64,000 nucleotides of DNA from Candidatus Hydrogenedentota bacterium (GCA_045863295.1 BTWA01000004.1:160001-224000); one strand, 5' to 3'. Shown: positions 19,500 to 29,300, counted from the first letter of the stretch. Numbers and translations: made by a program. The notes: generated from the letters alone by a model not told the origin.

Positions 19500-19801
19500 G
19501 GGTAGCGTGACTCCGCGGCAAGAATCAGTGCCTCGCATTCGTCCTCGTTCTGCGGTTTGACAAGGCTAAACCGTCCGCACTTTGGACACTCCATCAAGGA
19601 TCCTGTATATCGGGCGGATCGCGACAAGGCCTTCAGCTTGGCCTCTTTTCCTTTTGCTTCGAGCCACTTCTTTTCGGCGCGGATGTACTTCATGTGGTCC
19701 TCGTCTGCCACGACCATGTAGGTCTTGTAGGGCCGTGGCCTATTGGATTGCTGGGCCTTCAGGCTGGCCATTACGTAGTTGTATCCACAGGAACAGGTCA
19801 T
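19496..19801 (-). CDS. Hypothetical protein with CxC and CxxC pairs (possible zinc ribbon)
   Basis: MTCSCGY...MECPKCGRF; GGGAGG SD 8 nt upstream. Confidence 0.65.
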   Translation of the reverse strand: MTCSCGYNYVMASLKAQQSNRPRPYKTYMVVADEDHMKYIRAEKKWLEAKGKEAKLKALSRSARYTGSLMECPKCGRFSLVKPQNEDECEALILAAESRYP

Positions 19802-19948
19802 TGAAGCAACCTCCCGTTGTTGGCTAGTCACTATAATGGACATGGATCAAGGAAAGAAGACAATTGGGCAAATAAGGCGATGCCCCGCCGGCTAGATTCC
19901 GCCGGAGGCGATTTGTCACACTTGCGGGCAACTCAAGGGGAATGTGCG

Positions 19949-20698
19949 ATGTCCATGCCGAATGATGTTCCGGGGGCGAAGTTGCGCCTGGGTGATGTCG
20001 TTATTGATGTGCGTTTTGCCGTGGTGGCTTTTTTGGGCACTTTCCTCCCAATATTGTTTGTCTACCGGGGTACGGTCGCGAGGCTGTTTCCATTCCTCCC
20101 TCAGTCGTGGCACGGCATGCTGGGCCAGGGCATTCTTGAAATGGCACACATGCAGTTCATTCTATTTTTTGCGGTGCCGATTCTCGTGGTCATTTTTGCG
20201 TTCCGCGATCATCCCGAGGACTATGGTTTGGCCATCGGCCGCTGGCGCGAAGGATTGATTTGGACTTTTTCGCTTTGTCCGGCAATCGCCGTAGTGCTGT
20301 GGTTCACGGTTCCGACGGGCAACATTGATCAGTATTACCGCGCAATCTATTACGGAGCCAATGCTGGCGGCGGATCGGAATGGTTGCAGCACGGCCGCAT
20401 GATCTACACGTCCGTGCTTCAACTCTGGGGTTGGGAATATCTGTTGCGGGGATTTCTGCTCTTTGGCACAGCACGGATCATTGGACCGGGGCCTGCCATT
20501 TTTCTGCAGATGATTCCTTTCGCATTCGGGCATGTGTCCAAGCCCGAACTGGAAACGATGAGCACCTTATTCACCGGTCTGGGTATGGGATTCATCGCGT
20601 GGCGCACGCGCACGTTTCTCTATGTCTTCCTCATCCATTGTTTCATTCTGGTGTTTGCCAACTTGATGGCATCCGGAGTGTTCAGTCCGTCGCCGTAG
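19949..20698 (+). CDS. CPBP/Abi (CAAX-type II) intramembrane metalloprotease
   Basis: WEYLLRGFLL, FAFGHVSKPELE, FLIH motifs; multiple TM segments. Confidence 0.85.
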   Translation: MSMPNDVPGAKLRLGDVVIDVRFAVVAFLGTFLPILFVYRGTVARLFPFLPQSWHGMLGQGILEMAHMQFILFFAVPILVVIFAFRDHPEDYGLAIGRWREGLIWTFSLCPAIAVVLWFTVPTGNIDQYYRAIYYGANAGGGSEWLQHGRMIYTSVLQLWGWEYLLRGFLLFGTARIIGPGPAIFLQMIPFAFGHVSKPELETMSTLFTGLGMGFIAWRTRTFLYVFLIHCFILVFANLMASGVFSPSP

Positions 20699-21545
20699 GA
20701 TTTCCCCAAGTTTTTACGAAGGGATCGCCTGACTGCGCGCGGGCGCGGGTGGTGTTGGTCCGCCACCGGGTGTCTTCCATTCGCTCGAACCACGGCTGGC
20801 CCAGGCAACTCGCCCGTTGGGCGATGGATTCGAAAATGCGGTGGGCGATGACCAAGTTACCGGCCCGGTTGGCATGTACGCCGTCCGGGTCGATTAGCCA
20901 ATCCGCGCCGCCCTCCGCCTGCCAGACATCGGCCAGAATACACCCGTATTCCTTTGCGAGGCCGCGAATGCAATCGTTGTATTGCAGCGTGAGTTCGACC
21001 GATCCCTTGTCGTAGGGCGGATAACTTTTCCACCCGGTCATGTAGTAGACGGTGGTAAGCACAATTACCGGATCGCAGGCCGATTTCACGTCGCGGATGA
21101 TTGTGGACATATCCTCGCGAAATTCCTCGATGGGCATGCCGGCGCGCATGTCATTCAATCCATAACAGAGAATGAACAAATCGGGATCCCGATCGATCAC
21201 ATCTTGCTTATACCGTTCCAGGGCACTGGGCTTGCGGGAGTTTTCGTAACCGGGACTGCGCGGCGAAATCGCATTCGCGCCGATGCCTGCGTTGTAATAC
21301 TTCAGGCGCTTGCGCTGCGTCTTGGAAATCAGTTTGGCGAGAACATCCGCATACCGGTGTCTCTTGCTTGCCAGCCAGGGCCCGCCTTCCACTGTGCTTT
21401 CGCCCAGGATGACCATGCGTTCAAACGGCTCCGGCCTGAGATCGACCGATCGTTCGAATTCGGGCGGCGGAGCCGTTTCGGCGGGCGCCTGCCCGGTGCT
21501 CAGTGTCGCGATGATGGTCAATACAGTATACACGCAAGCATTCAT
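20682..21545 (-). CDS. SGNH/GDSL hydrolase (secreted)
   Basis: ILGESTV (block I variant), NAGIGAN, YGLND, DGVHAN. Confidence 0.85.
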   Translation of the reverse strand: MNACVYTVLTIIATLSTGQAPAETAPPPEFERSVDLRPEPFERMVILGESTVEGGPWLASKRHRYADVLAKLISKTQRKRLKYYNAGIGANAISPRSPGYENSRKPSALERYKQDVIDRDPDLFILCYGLNDMRAGMPIEEFREDMSTIIRDVKSACDPVIVLTTVYYMTGWKSYPPYDKGSVELTLQYNDCIRGLAKEYGCILADVWQAEGGADWLIDPDGVHANRAGNLVIAHRIFESIAQRASCLGQPWFERMEDTRWRTNTTRARAQSGDPFVKTWGNPTATD

Positions 21546-21678
21546 GGTTCCCCCCAATGCGCGGCCTTTCACGGCCGCATCCCAGCACGATACGCCACTT
21601 GCATATATTGTTTCACCCGTGCAATTGCTCCCGGCGGTGCCGATTGTTTACCCTTCGCACGGAAGGAGTCCGTCTACG

Positions 21679-22431
21679 GTGTTTGAAGGGAAAAAAGTCG
21701 TGGTCGTCATGCCGGCGTACAATGCCGCGCAAACGTTGCGCCGCACCCATGACGAGGTGCTGGCGCAGGGTATCGTTGACCACGTGATTGTCGTGGACGA
21801 TGCGAGTTCGGACGAGACTACCGCGATTGCCCGCGAATTGCCCCATACCACGGTCTACACCCACGAGAGGAACCGGGGGTACGGTGGAAATCAGAAGACG
21901 TGCTACCGGCTTGCGCTTGAGATGAACGCCGATATCGTGATTATGGTGCATCCGGACTATCAGTACACGCCAAAATTGATTCCAGCCATGGCTACGCTCA
22001 TCGGCCACGGCCTGTATCCCTGTGTGCTGGGTTCCCGGATCCTGGGCGGGCATGCCCGATCCGGCGGTATGGTTTGGTGGCGATACATTTCGAACCGCTT
22101 CCTAACTCTGTTCGGTAACGTATTGATGGGATCAAAGTTATCGGAGTTCCACACCGGCTACCGCGCGTTTTCGGGCGCACTTCTCCAAAAACTGCCGTTG
22201 CATGCAAATTCCAACGACTTCGTATTTGACAACCAGATGCTTGCGCAAATTCTTTTCCGCGGAGAGCCCATAGGCGAAGTGTCGTGTCCGACGAAGTATT
22301 TTGCCGAGGCATCGTCAATCAATTTCGCCCGCAGTGTGAAATACGGATTGGGCTGCCTATCTACGGCCCTTCAATTCCGGTTGGCCAAATGGGGTTTGCT
22401 GCGGCCCGCGATATTCTTTGATGCACACTAA
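21679..22431 (+). CDS. Glycosyltransferase family 2 (DPM-synthase-like)
   Basis: VVMPAYNA, VDDASSD, NRGYGGNQKT, HPDYQY, EFHTGYRAF; GTG start with AAGGAG SD. Confidence 0.9.
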   Translation: MFEGKKVVVVMPAYNAAQTLRRTHDEVLAQGIVDHVIVVDDASSDETTAIARELPHTTVYTHERNRGYGGNQKTCYRLALEMNADIVIMVHPDYQYTPKLIPAMATLIGHGLYPCVLGSRILGGHARSGGMVWWRYISNRFLTLFGNVLMGSKLSEFHTGYRAFSGALLQKLPLHANSNDFVFDNQMLAQILFRGEPIGEVSCPTKYFAEASSINFARSVKYGLGCLSTALQFRLAKWGLLRPAIFFDAH

Positions 22432-23197
22432 AAATCGCTTCCAGGATTTCTTTGAGGAGGGCAAATATGTCGTTCTCAAGAATTATCTCTACAACTACCG
22501 GCTTCGAAAGCGCGCCATAGAATCCCTTGTCGACCGGATTCAACCCGATACTATTCTGGAGATCGGAAGCGGCATTTCACCGGTGGTGACAACCGCCGAT
22601 CGGGTTGTCTATTCCGAACTTTCCACGCTGGCACTATCCACGCTGCGGCGTATTCATCCGCAGGGCGCGCACGTGGCCGCGGACGCCACCCGACTCCCCT
22701 TTGGAGATGGCGCGTTTCATATTGGGATTGGATCGGAGGTTTTCGAACATTTGCCAGACGACCGGACGGCCTTGCATGAACTAGCCCGCGTGATCCGGCC
22801 GGGCGGGCGGTTGATTGTGACGTTTCCCCACCGGCAGTTCTACTTTGCAAACGACGATCGGTTCGTCCATCACTTCCGCCGGTACGAATTGGCAGACATG
22901 GTGGAGAAACTGGAGTCCGCCGGACTTCGCGTGACACAGGTTCGTACGATATTGGGACCGCTGGAAAAGATCACGATGATGATTACAGTCGCGTGCTTTG
23001 CTCTCGCCCAGCGTGCCGGCGGCAACCGGCAGAAGAACGGAGGCTCCAGTATCGGACTGAAACTGTTGGCGCCTGCATTCGATTGGGCGAACAAATTGTA
23101 CGCGTGTTTCGCCTGGGCCGACGCTCGAATTACTCCCCGCCGGTTTGCCACCGTGTTGCTTGTAGAAGCCGAAAAACCTTCCTCCAAATCGAATTGA
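22421..23197 (+). CDS. Class I SAM-dependent methyltransferase
   Basis: ILEIGSG, ADATRLPF, EVFEHL, RVIRPGG, HFRRY; overlaps GT2 stop. Confidence 0.85.
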   Translation: MHTKNRFQDFFEEGKYVVLKNYLYNYRLRKRAIESLVDRIQPDTILEIGSGISPVVTTADRVVYSELSTLALSTLRRIHPQGAHVAADATRLPFGDGAFHIGIGSEVFEHLPDDRTALHELARVIRPGGRLIVTFPHRQFYFANDDRFVHHFRRYELADMVEKLESAGLRVTQVRTILGPLEKITMMITVACFALAQRAGGNRQKNGGSSIGLKLLAPAFDWANKLYACFAWADARITPRRFATVLLVEAEKPSSKSN

Positions 23198-23415
23198 ACC
23201 CCGCTTGTCAGAGGATATCTGTCAACAAGCGTAGGACTGTCTCTACAGCATGGTCCCCGGAGAAATGTCCGGCCGTCACCGTGTGTACTTTTTATGGACG
23301 GCGCTTTGCGTGTCCAAATGAATAGAGGCGGCACACATGCGTCTCCTGGATGTGAAACTTGTTGGGAACCTCCGGGTATTAATCAGCGTCGAGAGGCGCG
23401 GAATAGGAGGCAGTC

Positions 23416-24336
23416 ATGGCGGAGAGCAAATCAGAACGTATCGCAAAGTCCGTGTTTTTTTGGGGACTTTGGGTGTTGGCGGCGTGGGTGTTTACGGCGC
23501 ATTCGGTGGTGGTAGAGCCGGCGTCGATCACGTTCACCGCGCCGAATCAGACACACATTATCACGATCAGCTCCGGCGGTCAGCCTGTGGGCGCGGGTCA
23601 CATAAAGCCCACGGTGTACGTGGGGCCAAACGACTACAACGAGATGTTCACGTTCAGCAAGGCGGACGGCACATTGTCCGTATCGTCCATAGACTACACG
23701 CAGGCCGGGGTGTTTGATCTCATTATCGACACCAACGATGGTCAGGGACGCGTGCAGATTTATGCGCCGCTGAGCGACGTGCCGGACGTATTGCAAACGA
23801 TGGCCAAAGCGGAAGGCACGACGGTAGAAGCCGTGCGCGAAAGATTGGGCATGAGCGAGTCCTTGCGCGGGCACGCCGAGATTGGACTTCCTCCGGTCAT
23901 GTATGAAGGTCAGTTGTTGACGCTGACCATGCCGGTCAAGCAAGGCAACAAGCCGGTGTGGGAAGTGAACGGTACACCGCTGCAAACCGATTCGGCGACG
24001 TTGAATCATGTATTCAAGGAGCCGGGATCGTATGTGGTGACCTACCGAGAGAAAGCAGGCACTGAAGTGGTTGCCACGGCGAGCGCCGCGACCCAAGTAG
24101 TGCCCTACCCCGCCATACCGTGGGAAGTGCCGACGCGCGCGGAATTGACGTTTCCCACCATTCCGGGTTACAGCATCGTCACGTGGACTTTGGACGGAAA
24201 CCCGGTTGAGGGACCCTCGGCCACGCGCAAATACGTGTTGACCAAGGGCACGCATACGCTTGAGTGTCTGGCACGAAACCCGGATTCGGATGCATTCAGG
24301 CGGATAACGTACGCGATTACGGTCAAAGGACCGTGA
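23416..24336 (+). CDS. Exported beta-rich protein with Ig/PKD-like domains, unknown function
   Basis: AGGAGG SD; N-terminal hydrophobic segment; W-VNG...HVFKEPGSYVV and WTLDG...GTHTLEC are PKD/Ig-like patterns. Confidence 0.65.
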   Translation: MAESKSERIAKSVFFWGLWVLAAWVFTAHSVVVEPASITFTAPNQTHIITISSGGQPVGAGHIKPTVYVGPNDYNEMFTFSKADGTLSVSSIDYTQAGVFDLIIDTNDGQGRVQIYAPLSDVPDVLQTMAKAEGTTVEAVRERLGMSESLRGHAEIGLPPVMYEGQLLTLTMPVKQGNKPVWEVNGTPLQTDSATLNHVFKEPGSYVVTYREKAGTEVVATASAATQVVPYPAIPWEVPTRAELTFPTIPGYSIVTWTLDGNPVEGPSATRKYVLTKGTHTLECLARNPDSDAFRRITYAITVKGP

Positions 24337-24359
24337 CCGTGCCTCGAGCGCCGCACGTA

Positions 24360-25421
24360 TCAGCCATATCGAGCCCGAAGCCGCTTAGCGGCTTCGGCTT
24401 CGTTGGAAAGTTTGGCGTAGGCTTCGTCAATGGGGATTTCAGCCGCGTTCCCTGGAGCGAATCCACAATCGGGGTTGAGGTAGACCCGATCCGGTGAAAT
24501 GTGTTGGAGCGCCTTTTCCACTCGATCCACGATGAGTTCGGGCGAATCGATGGTTTCTCCCCGGCAGTCAACGCAGCCCAGACCCACGGAGCGATCTTCG
24601 GGGAGTTCCCGCAACACGGACAAGTCGCCCGCGACGGGGATGGTGAATTCCATCACGTACTGATTTACGTTCAGACGTTTGAGGCCGTCGAGAATGGGAT
24701 CGTATCCGCCTTCACCGACCCAGCCGGACCGGGCTTTATTGCGGCGGCACAAGTGCACCGCGGTGGTCACGCCCTTCACGCCATCGAGAATCTGATTGAG
24801 CAATCCAACGCACAGATCGACTTCGCGACTCGGATTGTCAAACTTCGCGCGCACGTTGGCATCCACAAACAGACATAGGTGCGGGTCGTCAAACTGAACG
24901 ATGTCGGCACCTGCTTCCACCAATAGTTCCAGTTCCTTGCGGAGAATGGGAACCAGTGCTTCCATAAACTTCTCGCGTGTGGAATAGGCCGCGGATGAGC
25001 GCTCAGCATCCCACATGCGCGTGCCCAGGAGATATGGAGAGGGTAGCGCGACCTTGATCATGCGTGTTGTACGCGAGCGGAGGTAAGCGGCCTCTTGCGC
25101 CGCGAGTCCGGGCCGGCTGTGACGCATGGGCTCGACGACGGTGTGCCACCAGACGCCCTCCTTTCGCTCCAACAAGAATCCGTCGCAGACATCTGAAATG
25201 ATTCCAATGTAGGAACGTCTGCGATACTCGCCGTCGCTGACGATATCCAACCCGGCGGATTCCTGGAGCGCCAGGATATAGTCCACAGCGGCGTCCATTC
25301 GTTTTTTGAAATCGACGGGATCGGCGGGGGTCTTGTCGGGGTCAAGCAGATCACGAACGAATTGCGATCGCGGCATACTTCCAACGATGCCTGCGGGAAA
25401 GAGCGGGCGTTGGGTCGTCAT
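24360..25421 (-). CDS. Cobalamin-independent methionine synthase II family (single catalytic domain, MetE-like)
   Basis: VGSMPR, QESAGLDIVSDGEYRR, Zn ligands HLC, E (VMEF), NPDCGF. Confidence 0.85.
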   Translation of the reverse strand: MTTQRPLFPAGIVGSMPRSQFVRDLLDPDKTPADPVDFKKRMDAAVDYILALQESAGLDIVSDGEYRRRSYIGIISDVCDGFLLERKEGVWWHTVVEPMRHSRPGLAAQEAAYLRSRTTRMIKVALPSPYLLGTRMWDAERSSAAYSTREKFMEALVPILRKELELLVEAGADIVQFDDPHLCLFVDANVRAKFDNPSREVDLCVGLLNQILDGVKGVTTAVHLCRRNKARSGWVGEGGYDPILDGLKRLNVNQYVMEFTIPVAGDLSVLRELPEDRSVGLGCVDCRGETIDSPELIVDRVEKALQHISPDRVYLNPDCGFAPGNAAEIPIDEAYAKLSNEAEAAKRLRARYG

Positions 25422-26176
25422 TGGGACCATTCCTTTCGGGCAAGGTGGAAATCCTGATTGGTGTCGATCTCCATGTAGCCGCCGTGCGTGGCCAGCGCGT
25501 GCATTTCGATGCCGTTATCGATCATTTCCTGAAACAAGTCAATCAGGTAGGCTTTGCGAAAATGTTTGGCGGCGCGAAAGGGGCCATCGCCGTGATGCGC
25601 CTTCGCCCGGTGATAATGGTCGCGTAACTGGCGCGCGGCTTCCGGCAAAAACCGGGCGACGCCGATGTACTCGCCGTGCGCATGATCGGAAGGCATGGTG
25701 CGGTTGATCGCGGCGATGCGCGTGCTGCCGTTGGTCAATGCGATCTTTTCGCCGTCATCCTCGGGATGATCGGACCGATGGATGTAGCGCGACCTCCAAT
25801 CCGTATCGGACACCAGCGTAATCGGATGCGGGCTCTTGACGAGGTCGCGGATGATCTCGGGGCGGTACAGGATATCCGCGTATGCGCAGACGAATCCTTC
25901 ATCCATGTACTCTTCGGCGTGCATAAGCGATTCGAGGATATTGTTGTTGGCCCAATCCCAGTTGTGGCAGAAAGTGAAATGCGGATAGGTCGATTTGACC
26001 AGATCGAATTGATACCCGGCGATAAAGACAATATCCGTCAAACCACCGGCATGCAGCGATTCGATGGCCCAATCCAATATACGCCGGCCGCCGACTTCCG
26101 CAAAACACTTGGGCGCATTTTCGGTATGCGGCATGAGACGCTGGCCGCGTCCCGCGCCAATGATAATGGCTTTCAC
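25418..26176 (-). CDS. Phosphocholine/phosphonate cytidylyltransferase family (LicC/PntC-like)
   Basis: KAIIIGAGRGQRL..PKC, NNILESL, YADILY, GEYIG, YMEIDT. Confidence 0.8.
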   Translation of the reverse strand: MKAIIIGAGRGQRLMPHTENAPKCFAEVGGRRILDWAIESLHAGGLTDIVFIAGYQFDLVKSTYPHFTFCHNWDWANNNILESLMHAEEYMDEGFVCAYADILYRPEIIRDLVKSPHPITLVSDTDWRSRYIHRSDHPEDDGEKIALTNGSTRIAAINRTMPSDHAHGEYIGVARFLPEAARQLRDHYHRAKAHHGDGPFRAAKHFRKAYLIDLFQEMIDNGIEMHALATHGGYMEIDTNQDFHLARKEWSQ

Positions 26177-26275
26177 GTTTGGCTCCCTTTGAAATGCAAG
26201 CGGGAACCATAGCAGGGGGCGAAGGTGATGCTCAAGAGCGGCCAGGGCGTGAGGGCTGGTCCAGCAAGGCGGCGA

Positions 26276-27190
26276 TTACCGCACGAAATCCAGGAGGCTG
26301 GGTTGAATCACGCGGGCGCCGGCACTGAGGGCGGCCTGAAACGCGTTTTCCTGGGCGTTCAGTTGAATGATTACCTCGGCGAGATCGGCATCCACGGTGT
26401 TCGAAAGCAGTTCCTGCAATTGCACCTGGATGTCTTCCAGGTCGGTCTCGCCGCTGGTCAGCCGGTTTTGCACGGCGCCTACCCGGGCCACGGCCTCGCT
26501 CAGTTGCGCCCGTGCCGCGTCGATTTCCAACAATCGGGTGTTGGACAGAGCGGCACGGTCTCCAGCAAGCAGGTTGTCTCGAATATCGATAAGCGTTTGA
26601 AAGATATCCTGATTGGATTGAAAAACTTCCGATCCGGATTCATTGACTTTTACTTCCACACCGTCCTGTATCGCGACGTTGATGGCTTCGTCGTTGCCTT
26701 CATATGCCACGGCGGTAATTCGGCCATTGACATCGCGCGTCTCGACGAAGGGCTGGGTGCGGGTGCGGGTGCCCGAGAAGACGAATCCGCTTTCGAATTC
26801 GGTATTGGCGGTGCTAAGCACGCCTTCCAGAATCTGGTCGATTTCGGCTGCAATGGCGTTCAGTGAATCCTGGCTGTTGCTGCCATTGGCGCCTTGCAGG
26901 GTCAGTTCGCGCGCGCGTGCCAGCCGGTCCTGGATGTTGGTGATCAGGGTTTCGGTGTTGTTCAGCCTGGGCGCGGCCTGCTGAATGTTTCGAAGATACT
27001 GTTCGTTCTTTGCGATGAAGGCCCGCGTGTTGATGGCGCGGCGCGTGTCAATGGGATCGTCGGACGGGGCATTGATACGGCGGCCCGTGGCCAATTGATC
27101 CTGCAACTCCAAAATACGCCGCTGCTGATCCTGGATATTGCGCAGGACGCGATCGACCAAAATCGGTTGGGTGACGCGCAGGGTTCCCAT
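26276..27190 (-). CDS. flgL: Flagellar hook-associated protein 3
   Basis: QLATGRRINAPSDDP, VFSGT, DADLAEVI..AFQAAL..VIQPSLLDFVR. Confidence 0.93.
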   Translation of the reverse strand: MGTLRVTQPILVDRVLRNIQDQQRRILELQDQLATGRRINAPSDDPIDTRRAINTRAFIAKNEQYLRNIQQAAPRLNNTETLITNIQDRLARARELTLQGANGSNSQDSLNAIAAEIDQILEGVLSTANTEFESGFVFSGTRTRTQPFVETRDVNGRITAVAYEGNDEAINVAIQDGVEVKVNESGSEVFQSNQDIFQTLIDIRDNLLAGDRAALSNTRLLEIDAARAQLSEAVARVGAVQNRLTSGETDLEDIQVQLQELLSNTVDADLAEVIIQLNAQENAFQAALSAGARVIQPSLLDFVR

Positions 27191-27195
27191 GCGGC

Positions 27196-27717
27196 CTAAC
27201 CCCGGTGGTCCAGCAGAGCGGGCGCCGCCGATCGGGCGGCAGGACCGTTGCCCTGGCGGTCATACGCGGACCCGGCGGTGTCACTGCGTTGCAACGTTTC
27301 CATACAGTGACTGAGGGCGCGAAGCGTGCGACGTGAGACTTGCGCGCTGGCGCGAACGAAGCGCCGGGTTTCTTCCACGGTGTTCTTGAGCGCCGTTTGG
27401 AAGTAGGCCAACCGGTCCGACCAGGGCTGCGGCGCGGCGGCAATTAGATTGGTCATGGTGGCCGATTCCGGCATCATGCCGAGCAGCGGCACAATGGCGC
27501 GGACAACCTCGAGCCGGCGGTGTTCCGCCGCCACGGCGTCGCGAATCAATTGTTCCAAACCCTGGGTGCGCGCCTCGACCGACTCGATATCGTGTGCTAC
27601 CAAGGCGTGATGCTGGGAGCGGCAGATTTCCCGGACGTTTTCCTGGCGTTCCAGTTCCTCGTCGAGTACCTGGCACAGACTTTCCAGCAATTCAGCCAAT
27701 GTGGGAGTGGTTTCCAT
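27196..27717 (-). CDS. flgN: Flagellar export chaperone FlgN
   Basis: Helical 173 aa, Q..AL..DI pattern, C-terminal YDRQG..LLDHRG; located between flgJ and flgL. Confidence 0.75.
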   Translation of the reverse strand: METTPTLAELLESLCQVLDEELERQENVREICRSQHHALVAHDIESVEARTQGLEQLIRDAVAAEHRRLEVVRAIVPLLGMMPESATMTNLIAAAPQPWSDRLAYFQTALKNTVEETRRFVRASAQVSRRTLRALSHCMETLQRSDTAGSAYDRQGNGPAARSAAPALLDHRG

Positions 27718-27724
27718 AGTTCCT

Positions 27725-27751
27725 TTATCGGCATTCCCTGGTGAAACTTGA
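27725..27751 (-). promoter_or_regulatory. Sigma28 (FliA) promoter for flgN-flgL
   Basis: TCAAGTTT-N11-GCCGATAA versus consensus TAAAGTTT-N11-GCCGATAA. Confidence 0.85.
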
Positions 27752-27799
27752 CCTGATTTGCCGCCTTGCCGGCAATCCTGCCCGCGTTATTGCGGCACG

Positions 27800-28174
27800 T
27801 TAGCGCTGATAGGCCCGCACCATAGGCGTAGCCGGCGGAGTGACCGGCGGCGTGTCATGGAGCGGCTCCTGCAAGACTTTGGCATCCCTGGTTTCGTTCA
27901 AACGCATTTGCTGATCCACCATTCGGGCAATGCCGAACTTGCCGGTCTCGGCAATTTGTTTGCTCATGATATCGTCGTACATCTGCTCGGCAAATTGATC
28001 GGCCTGGGTCTTGGGTACGAGGCTGTCCTTCGGGACCGACTTCCGCATTTCCTCCAGCAGCGTATATACGAAATACTGTTCCAGCTCTCTCAGCGCCACA
28101 TCCCGGCGGGCCGAATCGGCCAGCACGTTGCCGCCCTTGCTGATACCGTTTGTCAGTGGGTTCACGTAGATCAT
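27800..28174 (-). CDS. flgJ: Flagellar rod-binding protein (short FlgJ, no muramidase domain)
   Basis: LEQYFVYTLLEEMRKSV..QMYDD..FGIARMV..Q; follows flgI. Confidence 0.8.
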   Translation of the reverse strand: MIYVNPLTNGISKGGNVLADSARRDVALRELEQYFVYTLLEEMRKSVPKDSLVPKTQADQFAEQMYDDIMSKQIAETGKFGIARMVDQQMRLNETRDAKVLQEPLHDTPPVTPPATPMVRAYQR

Positions 28175-28178
28175 GGCG

Positions 28179-29285
28179 TTACATGATCTCGAGATCGGCG
28201 TCGAGTGCGCCGACGGCCCGGATGGCCTGAAAGATGGAGATCATATCCCGCGGAGTGACCTTCAGACGGTTGAGCGCCTCGGCCACGTCGCTCGCGGAGG
28301 TACCTTGCACCGGCATGAGGGATCCTTCCTCGATGATAGTGTCCACCTCCCCCGATTCGCCGGTGACGGTTTCCCCTTCGCTAAAGGGTTCAGGCTGGCT
28401 GACAAGCGGGGTTACTTCAACCCTGATGGTCAGATTTCCGTGGGCCACCTGACACGGCTTGATGATGACCTCCCCACCCACCACGAGGGTCCCTGTTCTT
28501 TCATTAATGACGACGCGGGACGGTACGTCGGCCTTGACGTTGAGGGCCTGTACTTCGGAAATGAATCCGATGAGATTCGCCTTGTGGGCCGAGGGAATGC
28601 GCACGTTAATTGCCGCCGCGGTGGTGGCGTGTCCAGTACCGGCGCCGAACGAACTATCGAGCGCTTCGCGAATGGCATTCGCAGTCGCGAAATCGGCCCG
28701 CTTAAGCAGAAGTGTGATGCGCTCACCGTCGGTAATGGTGGACGGTATCTCGCGTTCGATGGAGCCGCCCATGGGCACACGGCCGGCCGTCACGTGGTTT
28801 TGCGTCACCTGCGCGCCGCCTCCGCCCGCGGCAAATCCCCCCACGGACACCGGACCTTGAGCGACGGCGTAGATTTCCCCGTCCTCACCTTGCAGATAAG
28901 TAGGCAGCAAAGTGCCACCTTCCAGACTTTCCGCGTCGTAGATCGAGCTTACACGCACGTCAATACGCGTGCCCTCCTTTCCAAATGCTGGAAAGGTCGC
29001 ATCGACCCACACCACGGCCACGTTGTCCGACGTCAGCGCCTTGGGATCGAGGACGTCGATATCGAGCCGTTCCAGCAGGCGCGCCTGCCGCGCCACGGCG
29101 TCTTTGGCCTTGTCACCGGTGCCCGCGAGGCCCACGATAAGGCCGATGCCTCGCAGCGCGTTGGGGCGCGCGCCTTGAATCTCGCACAAGTCTTTCACGC
29201 GGGCCGCCCAAGCGGACGAACCCCATGCGGCCGCGCACAAGCACAGAATCGCAAGCCGGCTAACCAATTTCGTTGTTCGCAACAT
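28179..29285 (-). CDS. flgI: Flagellar P-ring protein
   Basis: RVKDL, N.LRGIGLIVGLAGTGD, SLEGGTLL, AVAQG, VVINERTGT. Confidence 0.96.
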   Translation of the reverse strand: MLRTTKLVSRLAILCLCAAAWGSSAWAARVKDLCEIQGARPNALRGIGLIVGLAGTGDKAKDAVARQARLLERLDIDVLDPKALTSDNVAVVWVDATFPAFGKEGTRIDVRVSSIYDAESLEGGTLLPTYLQGEDGEIYAVAQGPVSVGGFAAGGGGAQVTQNHVTAGRVPMGGSIEREIPSTITDGERITLLLKRADFATANAIREALDSSFGAGTGHATTAAAINVRIPSAHKANLIGFISEVQALNVKADVPSRVVINERTGTLVVGGEVIIKPCQVAHGNLTIRVEVTPLVSQPEPFSEGETVTGESGEVDTIIEEGSLMPVQGTSASDVAEALNRLKVTPRDMISIFQAIRAVGALDADLEIM

Positions 29286-29300
29286 GCCCACTCCCGAGTA

